This document shows, in pieces, positions 19,698 to 28,645 of a DNA stretch of 64,000 bases. The stretch's first letter is position 1. Each line of letters begins with the position of its first letter. The DNA is taken from assembly GCA_963665845.2 (NCBI GenBank), contig OY762492.1, positions 3,328,001 through 3,392,000 of the forward strand. Direction: 5' to 3'. The notes beneath the pieces are model-generated. The model was not told the origin of the DNA. It saw only the letters and a program-made list of their open reading frames with translations, and ran no database searches. Source of the stretch: Candidatus Poribacteria bacterium. Lineage in GTDB: Bacteria; Poribacteria; WGA-4E; GCA-2687025. Both the position numbers and the translations under genes were made by a program.

Positions 19698-20309
19698 ATG
19701 CCATCAAAAACGCTGTACTTTACAGAGATCGGCCCCGTCTGGAGAGACTGGATACAGGTCATCAACATCGGAAACGCGCCCGCCGAGGTGACATGCATCG
19801 CGCGAAACGGCGAGGCGAAGCCTGTCTGGTCGGTCGACAAGGAGGTGGACCCGTTCACCGGATGGGTTCCGCCCGTTGATCAGGTCAAAGACCGCGCCTC
19901 GCTCACCATCACCGCCGATCAGATGATCGCCGCCGAGCGCCATATGCACCAAGATACGCAGGTGCTGGACTTCCCCGGCGCCTGCGTTGAAAACAAAACA
20001 GTCGGAAAACGGCTCTTTTTTCCTGAACTCGTCCCCGGCGCGCTCGATTGGTTCCGCGTGCTGAATGTGGACGAGGAAAATGCGCATGTGTCGGTCATTG
20101 TGCGCAACTCAAAAGGCGATGTCGTCCGGCAGCATACCCGCGCCATCGAGCCGTTTCACTGGTGGGAAATCGATGAAAAGCAGATGGGCAATGTAAAAGG
20201 GACGGTCGAGATGGTCAGCACGCAGATGATCGTCGGCGAACGGCATCTGCATTACCATGGCGGCAAGGTGACCGTCGGGCAGCTGGGGCAGGCGCTAGAC
20301 CCTGAATGA
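19698..20309 (+). CDS. Hypothetical protein made of two similar beta-rich repeats (about 95 aa each)
   Basis: Repeats K.L(Y/F)F.E....DW..V.N....A.V....RN....V......PF..W...QMI..ERH.H; no signal peptide. Confidence 0.85.
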   Translation: MPSKTLYFTEIGPVWRDWIQVINIGNAPAEVTCIARNGEAKPVWSVDKEVDPFTGWVPPVDQVKDRASLTITADQMIAAERHMHQDTQVLDFPGACVENKTVGKRLFFPELVPGALDWFRVLNVDEENAHVSVIVRNSKGDVVRQHTRAIEPFHWWEIDEKQMGNVKGTVEMVSTQMIVGERHLHYHGGKVTVGQLGQALDPE

Positions 20310-21289
20310 AGAACGGTGAGCGCCGCATGATCATGGGCGTCGGCAGCGCGAATATCGACATCGTGTACCGCGTGAACCGCATCGCGCGCGAAGAGGAAAA
20401 AACCTACATTGCGCCGGACGAATCGGGTCGGCTCGCGCAGGAGATTGTCGGCGGGGTGACGCTGAATCATCTCTCATGGGCTGCCGCTCTAGGCGCGCCG
20501 GCGGGCTATTTCGGGTATCTGGGCGACGACCGAAACGGGGATCTCCTGCGCGAAGCGATGGACGCGCGCGGCGTTGACCGCCGGCATCTGCGCATACGGC
20601 GGGGGAAGTCGTCCGGAACCGCCGTCATTTTTGTTGACGCAAACGGCGAACGCGCCATCTATATGAGCGGCGGAACGACCGCGGACATCTCTCCCGACGA
20701 TCTGGAGCGCGACTTTGCGGAGGCGATTCAGCAGGCGTCCATCGTCTCGTCCGAGGCGTCGCTTGTTTCGTTGAAAGGGGTCGCCGCGGCGTTTCGGGCG
20801 GCGAAGCGGGCGGGCGTCTTAACGGCGCTGGATGTGGACGCGCCGCCGAGCGCCTGCGCCGAGGCGGGTCTCGGAACGCGCGCCGAGCTGGAGCAGGCGC
20901 TCTCGCTGGCAGACATCATCAAGCCGTCCAAAGCCGCCGCGGCGGAGCTGTCCAGCGCGCCGACGCTGGAGCGCCAGGCGGAGGAGACGCGCGGGCGTTT
21001 CGGCGCAACGTTGGTCGCCGTGACAGACGGGGCGCGCGGGAGCGTCTTGTCAAACGCCGAGCGGACGCTGCGCTTTCCCGCCGCTTCGGTGGCGGCGGTC
21101 GACACGACCGGGGCGGGGGACGCCTTTTTTGGCGGTCTGCTTGCCGGTTCGGCGCTGCCGTTGGAGGAGCGCGGCCGCCTGGCGAACGCATGCGGCGCCG
21201 CCTGCTGCGCCGTTCTGGGCGCGCCGCCTCGGCGCGGAGAAAGCATGAAGCTGGTCAAGCGGCTCTACGGCGCCCCCTTCCCCCTTTGA
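20306..21289 (+). CDS. PfkB-family carbohydrate kinase
   Basis: GSANID, G.LGDD..G, VT.GA.G, DTTGAGDAF.GG. Confidence 0.93.
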   Translation: MKNGERRMIMGVGSANIDIVYRVNRIAREEEKTYIAPDESGRLAQEIVGGVTLNHLSWAAALGAPAGYFGYLGDDRNGDLLREAMDARGVDRRHLRIRRGKSSGTAVIFVDANGERAIYMSGGTTADISPDDLERDFAEAIQQASIVSSEASLVSLKGVAAAFRAAKRAGVLTALDVDAPPSACAEAGLGTRAELEQALSLADIIKPSKAAAAELSSAPTLERQAEETRGRFGATLVAVTDGARGSVLSNAERTLRFPAASVAAVDTTGAGDAFFGGLLAGSALPLEERGRLANACGAACCAVLGAPPRRGESMKLVKRLYGAPFPL

Positions 21290-21290
21290 A

Positions 21291-21352
21291 CGGCGCGCCC
21301 GATTCCCCCCCTTGAAAAGGGGGGCTAGGGGGGTTTAAAGAACGGGCGCGGC
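21291..21352. repeat. CCCCCTTGAAAAGGGGG palindrome module between convergent genes
   Basis: GATTCCCCCCCTTGAAAAGGGGGGCTAGGGGGGTTTAAAGAACGGGCGCGG; near identical to 47829..47878. Confidence 0.8.
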
Positions 21353-21361
21353 GCCTCCTCT

Positions 21362-22162
21362 TCAGGGCGTGTCGACGGAGATGAGCGGCACGGCGCCGCT
21401 CATCACCTTCGGCAAAGTCCCGTTCCACATCTCCAGCGCGCGCAGCTCCATCACCTGCGGATTTTTCTGCAGCGCTTCCGCCTCAATGCGGATCGCTTCC
21501 GCCTTGCCGCGCGCCTGTTCAACCGCCTGCTCCGCCTCATACTTCACCTGCTCCAGTTTGTTCTTGGCGGTGAGAGCCTCCTGCTCCGCCTTCACCTTCA
21601 TCTCAATGGAAGCGTTGAAGTTGTCAGAGAAATCGAAGTCAACGATATTGAAGGCGTCCACAAGAATGCCATGCTCATCCAGCTTTTCAACCAGAAGCGC
21701 CTTGATCGCATCGCGCACATCCGCGCGTTTGGTGATCAGCTCCTCGGCGGTGTAGTCCGCCGTCGCCGCTTTCATCGACTCTTGCAGGGCGGGCCTGATG
21801 ATGCGCGTGTTGTACTGCCGCCCGACATCTTGATACAGTTGCGCCGTCTTCAGCGGGTCGATCATGTAGTTCAGCGCGACGGTGGACTGAACCGTCTGAA
21901 GGTCGCTGGAGGAGGCTTCTGATTTCGCCTCTTCCAACTGAACCTGGACATCCATGATCTCGACCGCGTCAATGAACGGAGCGATAAAGTAAAGACCCGG
22001 CTCCTTGATGTCGCCGGTCACTTCGCCGAAGCGGGTATGAACGCCGCGCATGCCGGCGTCAACCGTGCCGAAGGCGGTGAAGACCAGCAGAAGCGCTGCG
22101 CCTGCGATCACGAGAACGACAATGAGCGCAGGACTAAGTCTGGGTAGATTGCTTTGGTTCAT
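21362..22162 (-). CDS. SPFH/prohibitin-family membrane protein, paralog 2
   Basis: N-terminal TM helix, band-7 motifs (RGV.TRFG, YTAEELITKR), AE-rich coiled tail, W.G.LP. Confidence 0.9.
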   Translation of the reverse strand: MNQSNLPRLSPALIVVLVIAGAALLLVFTAFGTVDAGMRGVHTRFGEVTGDIKEPGLYFIAPFIDAVEIMDVQVQLEEAKSEASSSDLQTVQSTVALNYMIDPLKTAQLYQDVGRQYNTRIIRPALQESMKAATADYTAEELITKRADVRDAIKALLVEKLDEHGILVDAFNIVDFDFSDNFNASIEMKVKAEQEALTAKNKLEQVKYEAEQAVEQARGKAEAIRIEAEALQKNPQVMELRALEMWNGTLPKVMSGAVPLISVDTP

Positions 22163-22196
22163 CCGACAACTCCTTTGTTTTGAGAAGGCGAGCCTT

Positions 22197-22997
22197 TCAC
22201 GGCGTGTCGATGGAGATGAACGGTATCTCGCCGCTCGTCACCTGCGGCATGATTCCGTCCCACTTTTCCACCGCGCGCAGCTGCAGCACCTGCGGATTTT
22301 TCTCCAGCGCCTCCGCCTCGATGCTCATCGCTTCCGCCTTGCCGCGCGCCTCTTCAATCGCCTGCTCCGCCTGAAACCTCACCTCCTCCAGTTTGTTCTT
22401 GGCGGTCAAGGCGTCCTGCTCCGCCTTCACCTTCGCCTCGATGGAATCGTTGAAATTTTCAGAGAAATCGAAGTCGACGATGTTGAAGGCGTCCACGAAA
22501 ATGCCGTGCCTGTCCAGCTTTTGATCCAGAAGCGCCTTGATCGCATCGCGCACAACGGCGCGCTTGGTGATCAGCTCCTCGGCGGTGTAGTTCGCTGTCG
22601 CCGCTTTTATCGACTCTTGAAGAGCGGGCGTGATGATGCGTTTGGGGTATTGCCGCCCAACATTTTGATACAGGTTCGCCGTCTCCGTCGGTTCGACATG
22701 GTAGTTGAGCGCGACAGCCGACTGAACGATCTGGAGGTCGCTGGAGGAGGCGGTCGCTTGCGCTGGGTACACCTGCACCTGCACATCCATGATCTCAACC
22801 TTCTCTATGAACGGTATGATGAAGTACAGCCCAGGCACATGGATCTTTCCGGTCACTTCGCCGAAGCGGGTATGAACGCCGCGCATGCCGGCGTCAATCG
22901 TGCCGAAGGCGGTGAAGACCAGCAGAAGCGCCGCGCCTGCAATCAGGACAATGACGATGAGCGCGGGGCTGGGTCTGGGGATGTCGCGTTGATTCAT
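22197..22997 (-). CDS. SPFH/prohibitin-family membrane protein, paralog 1
   Basis: Same length (266 aa) and clearly homologous to 21362..22162. Confidence 0.9.
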   Translation of the reverse strand: MNQRDIPRPSPALIVIVLIAGAALLLVFTAFGTIDAGMRGVHTRFGEVTGKIHVPGLYFIIPFIEKVEIMDVQVQVYPAQATASSSDLQIVQSAVALNYHVEPTETANLYQNVGRQYPKRIITPALQESIKAATANYTAEELITKRAVVRDAIKALLDQKLDRHGIFVDAFNIVDFDFSENFNDSIEAKVKAEQDALTAKNKLEEVRFQAEQAIEEARGKAEAMSIEAEALEKNPQVLQLRAVEKWDGIMPQVTSGEIPFISIDTP

Positions 22998-23090
22998 CTG
23001 GTCGGCTCCTTGTTTATCGATATAGTCAGCGCGTTATCGATTTCGATCTAAAGCATACGGCAAGAGAACCGTTTTTGCAACGGCGCGGTA

Positions 23091-23223
23091 CTGACCTTAC
23101 GTCTTAAGTTGGGACATGCCCGGCGGGTGGACGCGGACGGTTTCTGCGGCGCCTCTAGATTCGCGCTTGCGCGGGAATTAAAGCTTGGGTCGTCAGCGGT
23201 CCCAACTTTAAGCATGAGGTCAG
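23091..23223. mobile_element. MITE family A, complete copy
   Basis: CTGACCTTACGTCTTAAGTTGGGACA ... GGTCCCAACTTTAAGCATGAGGTCAG; no matching flanks. Confidence 0.75.
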
Positions 23224-23234
23224 GAAAGCGCGGA

Positions 23235-24251
23235 CTATTCGCTTACAATCATCGTCTGAACGCCCGCCGATTCCGCCCGCTTCTCTAAATTCGGCGGAAT
23301 GGAATTGCCGGCAACCGCCGCGATGACCGGAACCCCATACAGGACGCCCAGCGCGGCAGCCGATTCTTTTGCCCGGTCAATATCTTCCGACCCGACCGTG
23401 TACGAAGATTCCACCGCGACCCATATCTCCGAGCCGTTTTGCTTCCGCCGCGCCCGCAGGATAAAGTCGGTATTCTGAATTCGGACGTACTGCTGATTCG
23501 TGATGCGACCTTCGTTGAGCGCCTCGTCCATCGTGTCCTCCATGTCTTCATTCATCACATCTACGCGGCTGGTCATCACTCGCGCCCTGCGCAGCCCGAA
23601 TCGTTGTGAAGCGATCGATTTGATGGAACGAGCCAGCGATAATTCTAGAGATACGCCTTTCACAACCCCCATGTCAATGTTAATTTGCTTTACCTGAGTC
23701 GTGATCTCCGCAATGTTCGCCTCCATCCGATCAAGGCGTTCATCTCGCGCAGCCCCCTGCCGCTCCATTCTGGCAAGGCGTTCATCCCGCGCAGCCCCCT
23801 GCCGCTCCATTCTGGCGATCCGCTCATCCCGCGCAGCCCCCTGCCGCTCCATTCTGGCAAGGCGTTCATCCCGCTTCGCCCCCTGCTCCTTGATCTCCGC
23901 AATGTCTGCCTTCATAGAGTCGATGTCGTTCTCGATATTGGCAAGACGCGCCTTGATCTCCGCAATGTCCGCCTTCATAGAGTCGATGTCGTTCTCGATA
24001 TTGGCGATCCGCTCATCCCGCGCAGCCCCTTGCTCGCGGAGATCGGCAAGTTCCGCCTTGATCTCCACAATGTCCGCCTTCATAGAGTCAATGTCCGCCT
24101 CCATCCTGGCGATCCGCTCATCCCGCTTTGCCCCCTGCGCCTTGATCTCCGCGATGTCCGCCTTCATAGAGTCGATGTCCGCCTTCATCGAGACGATGTC
24201 CGCCTCTATATTCGAGAGACGTTGATGGATCTTATCCTCTTGCTCGTTCAT
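23235..24251 (-). CDS. Coiled-coil tandem-repeat protein with a small C-terminal globular domain
   Basis: Start taken at MNEQEDK because the longer ORF runs through a MITE. Heptads ADIDSMK/ADIAEIK and 14-aa ERQGAARDERLARM repeats; C-terminal TDFIL...WVAVESSYTV...DIDRA. Confidence 0.8.
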   Translation of the reverse strand: MNEQEDKIHQRLSNIEADIVSMKADIDSMKADIAEIKAQGAKRDERIARMEADIDSMKADIVEIKAELADLREQGAARDERIANIENDIDSMKADIAEIKARLANIENDIDSMKADIAEIKEQGAKRDERLARMERQGAARDERIARMERQGAARDERLARMERQGAARDERLDRMEANIAEITTQVKQINIDMGVVKGVSLELSLARSIKSIASQRFGLRRARVMTSRVDVMNEDMEDTMDEALNEGRITNQQYVRIQNTDFILRARRKQNGSEIWVAVESSYTVGSEDIDRAKESAAALGVLYGVPVIAAVAGNSIPPNLEKRAESAGVQTMIVSE

Positions 24252-24341
24252 TCCGCAATGTCCGTCCATAACGATTGCCGTTAAAAAGAAGCCTGCGTCT
24301 CCATGATACAGCGGCGAGGCGCATTTGTAAAGCGTCAGCCT

Positions 24342-24509
24342 CTGACCTCGCGTCTTAAGTTGGGACATGCCGGCATGCGAACGCGGACATCTTCTGCGGC
24401 GCCTCTGGATTCCCGCTTGCGCGGGAATGACGGTCTGGTTTGCGGCGCCTTTTTCCCATGAATAGAGCGATCGTCGGTTCAAATGTCCCAACTTTATGCA
24501 TGAGGCCAG
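24342..24509. mobile_element. MITE family A, complete long copy
   Basis: CTGACCTCGCGTCTTAAGTTGGGACA ... TGTCCCAACTTTATGCATGAGGCCAG with internal GATTCCCGCTTGCGCGGGAATGAC. Confidence 0.78.
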
Positions 24510-24519
24510 TTTAAATGCC

Positions 24520-24936
24520 CTAGCCCTCCTTTTCAATGGGGGTATCGGATTCTGGATTGGACGCCAGTTCAACGCCGAAGAAGGAGGCGATCTCCTCCGC
24601 GGTTGCGTTTGGCGGGGGCGCATCGTCTTCCTCTTCTTTCGCCCGTTCCCGTTCGGCGCGCCTCTCGGCGGCGTCTTCTTCCAGTTTTGACATGCTTTCG
24701 GCAATTGCTTTGAGCATTTCCCGCGTCTCCCGATGTCTCCGTTCCTGCCGCGCCTGCGTCAAGACGGAACGCCATAACAGCAAACCCGCCGCCGCGCATA
24801 CCGCCCATAACGGCGGAGCCGCCCGCCCAAACTCAAACCAAGGAAGGACGGCTCCCGCAAGCGTCAACGCCAAAGCCGCGCCCAATGCCCACATCGTTTT
24901 ATCCTTCCTTCCGCCTCTCAATTTGCCCTTGCTCAA
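24520..24936 (-). CDS. Small two-TM membrane protein
   Basis: Two hydrophobic segments then a charged coiled tail; its C-terminus and stop lie inside a palindrome repeat. Confidence 0.65.
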   Translation of the reverse strand: MSKGKLRGGRKDKTMWALGAALALTLAGAVLPWFEFGRAAPPLWAVCAAAGLLLWRSVLTQARQERRHRETREMLKAIAESMSKLEEDAAERRAERERAKEEEDDAPPPNATAEEIASFFGVELASNPESDTPIEKEG

Positions 24937-25018
24937 GAATCATGGTCAAATAACAGCGCTGCGGTCTATGCGCAGATCGATTCTACACCATGATGTTCTG
25001 AAGAGCATGCGTTACTCC

Positions 25019-25185
25019 CTGACCTCACGCCTAAAGTTGGGACATCCCGGCATGGAAACGCGGACGGTTTCGAGGTGGACTCTGGATTCCCGCTTACGCG
25101 GGATGACGGCTTGGTTGGCGGCGCCTTTTTCCCATGAATAAAGCGATCGCCGGTTCAAATGTCTCAACTTTACGCATAAGGTCAG
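25019..25185. mobile_element. MITE family A, complete long copy with a perfect target-site duplication
   Basis: TIRs CTGACCTCACGCCTAAAGTTGGGACA / TGTCTCAACTTTACGCATAAGGTCAG; GTTACTCCC at 25011-25019 and 25185-25193. Confidence 0.85.
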
Positions 25186-25214
25186 TTACTCCCATACGGC
25201 GTTTTCAGCAAACG

Positions 25215-28200
25215 ATGATACGCAGATTCGCGTATTCTTTACAGCGGATTGATCGACTGCTGCGGCGCGCGCTGTCATGCTTTTGGAGCTGTCTGGCGGG
25301 GTTTGGGCTGTTTTTAGTCCACGCTGAGGCGGCGCCTGAACAGTATGAGGCGTCGCTCATGCAGGCGGAGATAAGGTTCATTGCGGAGCAGGAAACGGCG
25401 CTTTACGCGCTGCCCGATTCGTTTCCGCTTGCTGACACGATCCATATCGAAACGAACGGCGCGCCTCTCATCAAGGAGGTCGACTATAGCTACCGCCGCG
25501 CGACGAACGCGGTCGCTTTCACGCCGCCGCTGCCGGTCGGGACAGACATCCGCATTCAATACCGCCGTCTCGCATGGGACGCCCCGCGCCGATACGCGCG
25601 CCGCATCTTTGAGCTGCCGGCGGAGCCGCTCGCGTGGGAACCGCCGGCGCGTCCAAAAGCGAAGCCCGCTTCGTTCGATCCCAGCCTGCTCCAGGTGAGC
25701 GGCGCCAAAACGTTCGGATTGAGCGCCGGGAACCGCCGCTCCTTCGCCCCAGACCAGAGTCTTCATCTGAATCTGGACGGGGAGATACTGCCCGGCGTCA
25801 TGGTCTCCGCCGCGTTGACCGATCAGCGGCTGCCGTTTCAACCCGACGGCGTCTCGGAGCAGATCAGCCAGCTAGACCAGACGCGCATCCAGCTGCGCAG
25901 CGAGTCGATAGAGGCGGCGGTCGGGGACGGGGAGCTGTCCCTGCGCGGACCGGAACTGGCGCTGTTTCGCCGCGCCATGCTTGGAATGCGGGCGTCGGGA
26001 ACCTTCAGCGGCTTCAATCTGCAGGCGGCGGCGGCTCTCCCGAAAGGGCATTCCGACAGCGTCGTCCTCGCCGCGGAGGAGGGGCGCAGCGAATACCGCA
26101 TCGCGCCGAGAGACCGGTACGTCGTCATGATCGCCGGCAGCGAAAAGATCTGGCTCAACGGCGAGCGAATGAAGCGCGGCGAAAACAACGATTACGTGAT
26201 CCGGGACTACGGCGATCCGGTCGTTGAATTCACGCCGCGCCGTCTCTTGACGCGCAACGACATCATCCGCGTTGACTACGAATACGCGCCTGAAGACGAA
26301 GGATGGAGCCGAAGCCTTTACGCCGGGCGCGTCGGAGCGCCGCTGCGGTTCAACATGTCGGGCGGAAGCGGCGAAGCGGGCGTTACTTACGCCGTTGAGT
26401 CGGACGACAGGTCGCGCCCGCTCGCGCCGTTGACCGAGGCGGACATGGAGGCGCTGCGTCGGGGCGAAACGCAAACCGCCGACGGAAAACGGCTTGACCC
26501 GCCGACGCAGCGTCAAATCGCCGCATTCGATGCGGTTTTAAACCCGACGCCGTTTGTGCGAATGCGCGGCGAATGGGCTATGCAGCGGTTCAACCCGAAC
26601 ACGCTCGCCCGTTCCTCTGCGCATGAGTCGAGCGGAGCGTGGCGGTTTGAAACGAGCGCGGACGGCGGATGGATTCAAGCGTCCGGGGAAGGAGAGCGTC
26701 TTGGACGCGGCTATCTGCCGATTGGAGCGGCGAACGGGAGTCGGCGCGGCGGGGCGCGTTATGCGCAGGCGTTTGCGGAGGGCTGGTCGGGGGGCGGTTT
26801 TGGGGACGCGCGTTTGGGAGGCAATCTGTCGGCGCCGCCTAATATGGAGCCGCCCGAAGAGACGCGGTGGGCGGGGCGCGTCAACGCGGAGCCGCTGAAC
26901 GGCTTGACGATGCGCGGAAATGTCGGACAGACGTCAGAACGGCATGCGGACGCGGTTTATGACGCGGACAGGCGTCAGCTAGGCGGCGGCGCCTCTTTTC
27001 AACGAAACGGACTGCCTGAATTGCAGCTGCAACGGCGGCAATCGGCTGAAAGCGGATCGCATCAAAAAGCGGAAAATGAATGGACGCTGGCGCATGAAAT
27101 GAGCGGCGTCCGCGCCGAATACGCAGGCAGGCGGTTCCTTTCAGTAGAGCTGGAGGATGAAGCGGTTGAGGGCGGATACGACCGAAACCTGACGCAGCGC
27201 GCCGACGCGTACTCGGTCTCGGCTGGCTTCATCGGCGCGCGGTTTGAAACGGAACGGGAGGCGCGCCGCTCCTTCGAGGGCGTATGGACGCCAAGCAGCC
27301 GCGCCGAAACCTACAGGCTGGATGCGCGCCATCGGCATGCGTCCGCGTCGTTCGGCAGACGGACGCTGCGCCTGCTGGACGATTCCAGCGATTCATCGTC
27401 CGCCTCATACATCGCGCAGCTGGACGGAAACGCGGCGCCGTTTCAGGGGGCGTTGGATCTGGGCGCTCATTTTGAGATCGACAAACGGCTGTCCAGCAAG
27501 CGCGAAGAGATTTTTACAAACATCATCGAAATGAACGGAACCGCTGTGCCGCTGCTGCCGGGTCAAGGAACGCATATCAAAGTGGACGAACAGCATTATG
27601 TGGAAGACGCGGAGGAGGGCGATTATGTGCGCGTTGTGCGCACGGTGGGCGATCAGCCTGTCGGCGCTTTAGAGGCGCAGCTGCGCGCGCGCTTGGACCC
27701 GTCGCGCCTGTTTCGAGCGTCGGAGGAATCGACCGGCGGGTTTCTGCAGGCGGCGTTGAGAGCCGTTTCATGCAGCGCGCGGTGGAGCGCCGAAGAGGAG
27801 CAGGAGGACGCTTCGTTTCAGGATCTGCTGCAGTGGCAAAACTTTCGCGGGGCGCGAACGGCGTACGGTCAGCGGTCGGCGCAGTTTCGCGCGTCGGTTC
27901 AAGCCGAGCCGCAAGACGGGAAGCCCGTTTTGGCGGACGCGAGTTTCACGGAGCGGGATACGTTAAACAGGCGTTTCAACAATGAAACGCGCCGAACGGA
28001 AAGCGCCTCAACGCGGTTTCGCGGCGTCTGGACGCTGTCCAAGCGGTGGTCAATTGAGGGAGAGTCGGAACGGCGCCGGTCGCGCCATCGCGTTGAGGGG
28101 GAGTCGGATCTGCGGCGTTTGGAACGGCTGGCGGCGGCGGGCGCGCGGTATGAGTGGGATCGGACATGGGGGGTCGGGCTGCGTTTTGAGCGGAAGACGG

Positions 28201-28535
28201 AGTCGGCCTCCGAGTCGCGCGTCGGTTTGCCGATTGAAGACGCCTCAGGCCGTTCGTTGACGCGCGGAGCGGAGTTGAGCGGGTCATGGTCGTCTTTTGG
28301 AAAAGGGAGGGCGGAGCTGTCGTTTCGTCTGGCGGACGGTTCCAGCGCGGGAGAGCTGCCGTCTCTCTCGGCATTTCGGTTTTATGAAGGCTGGAGCCGG
28401 GAGGCGCGCGCGGCGGGCGAATACCGCGTTCGCAGCTGGACAGATTTGACCTTTCGGGCGAATTATCGAATGCTGGATGCGGACGGGCAGCCGGTTGAGC
28501 ATCGGTTTGATCTGGAGTTGACGGCGGAGCTGTGA
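25215..28535 (+). CDS. Very large putative outer-membrane beta-barrel protein
   Basis: The ORF-track start lies inside the MITE, so start moved to MIRRFAY (signal ends AEA). Motifs AALTDQ.LP.QPDG and GSEKIWLNG....RGENNDYVI; long amphipathic strands; ends FDLELTAEL. Confidence 0.75.
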   Translation: MIRRFAYSLQRIDRLLRRALSCFWSCLAGFGLFLVHAEAAPEQYEASLMQAEIRFIAEQETALYALPDSFPLADTIHIETNGAPLIKEVDYSYRRATNAVAFTPPLPVGTDIRIQYRRLAWDAPRRYARRIFELPAEPLAWEPPARPKAKPASFDPSLLQVSGAKTFGLSAGNRRSFAPDQSLHLNLDGEILPGVMVSAALTDQRLPFQPDGVSEQISQLDQTRIQLRSESIEAAVGDGELSLRGPELALFRRAMLGMRASGTFSGFNLQAAAALPKGHSDSVVLAAEEGRSEYRIAPRDRYVVMIAGSEKIWLNGERMKRGENNDYVIRDYGDPVVEFTPRRLLTRNDIIRVDYEYAPEDEGWSRSLYAGRVGAPLRFNMSGGSGEAGVTYAVESDDRSRPLAPLTEADMEALRRGETQTADGKRLDPPTQRQIAAFDAVLNPTPFVRMRGEWAMQRFNPNTLARSSAHESSGAWRFETSADGGWIQASGEGERLGRGYLPIGAANGSRRGGARYAQAFAEGWSGGGFGDARLGGNLSAPPNMEPPEETRWAGRVNAEPLNGLTMRGNVGQTSERHADAVYDADRRQLGGGASFQRNGLPELQLQRRQSAESGSHQKAENEWTLAHEMSGVRAEYAGRRFLSVELEDEAVEGGYDRNLTQRADAYSVSAGFIGARFETEREARRSFEGVWTPSSRAETYRLDARHRHASASFGRRTLRLLDDSSDSSSASYIAQLDGNAAPFQGALDLGAHFEIDKRLSSKREEIFTNIIEMNGTAVPLLPGQGTHIKVDEQHYVEDAEEGDYVRVVRTVGDQPVGALEAQLRARLDPSRLFRASEESTGGFLQAALRAVSCSARWSAEEEQEDASFQDLLQWQNFRGARTAYGQRSAQFRASVQAEPQDGKPVLADASFTERDTLNRRFNNETRRTESASTRFRGVWTLSKRWSIEGESERRRSRHRVEGESDLRRLERLAAAGARYEWDRTWGVGLRFERKTESASESRVGLPIEDASGRSLTRGAELSGSWSSFGKGRAELSFRLADGSSAGELPSLSAFRFYEGWSREARAAGEYRVRSWTDLTFRANYRMLDADGQPVEHRFDLELTAEL

Positions 28536-28558
28536 GGAGATGAAGTAGACGCTTCAGT

Positions 28559-28645
28559 TGTAAGCGGGAATCTTAACAGCCGCAGCGCCCGCGCTTTAAA
28601 CCCCCTAGCCCCCCTTTTCAAGGGGGGAATCGGACGCAGCAGCGG
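28559..28645. repeat. MITE-B internal fragment overlapping the MFS gene 3' end
   Basis: TAAGCGGGAATCTTAA...TTTAAACCCCCTAGCCCCCCTTTTCAAGGGGGGAATCGGACGC. Confidence 0.75.

Noticed and set aside
21362-22997. hflK-hflC operon
   Set aside because: The two genes are equal-length close paralogs of prohibitin type, not the divergent HflK/HflC pair.
24252-24704. N-terminal extension of the coiled-coil ORF
   Set aside because: Runs through a MITE and overlaps another gene in a different frame.
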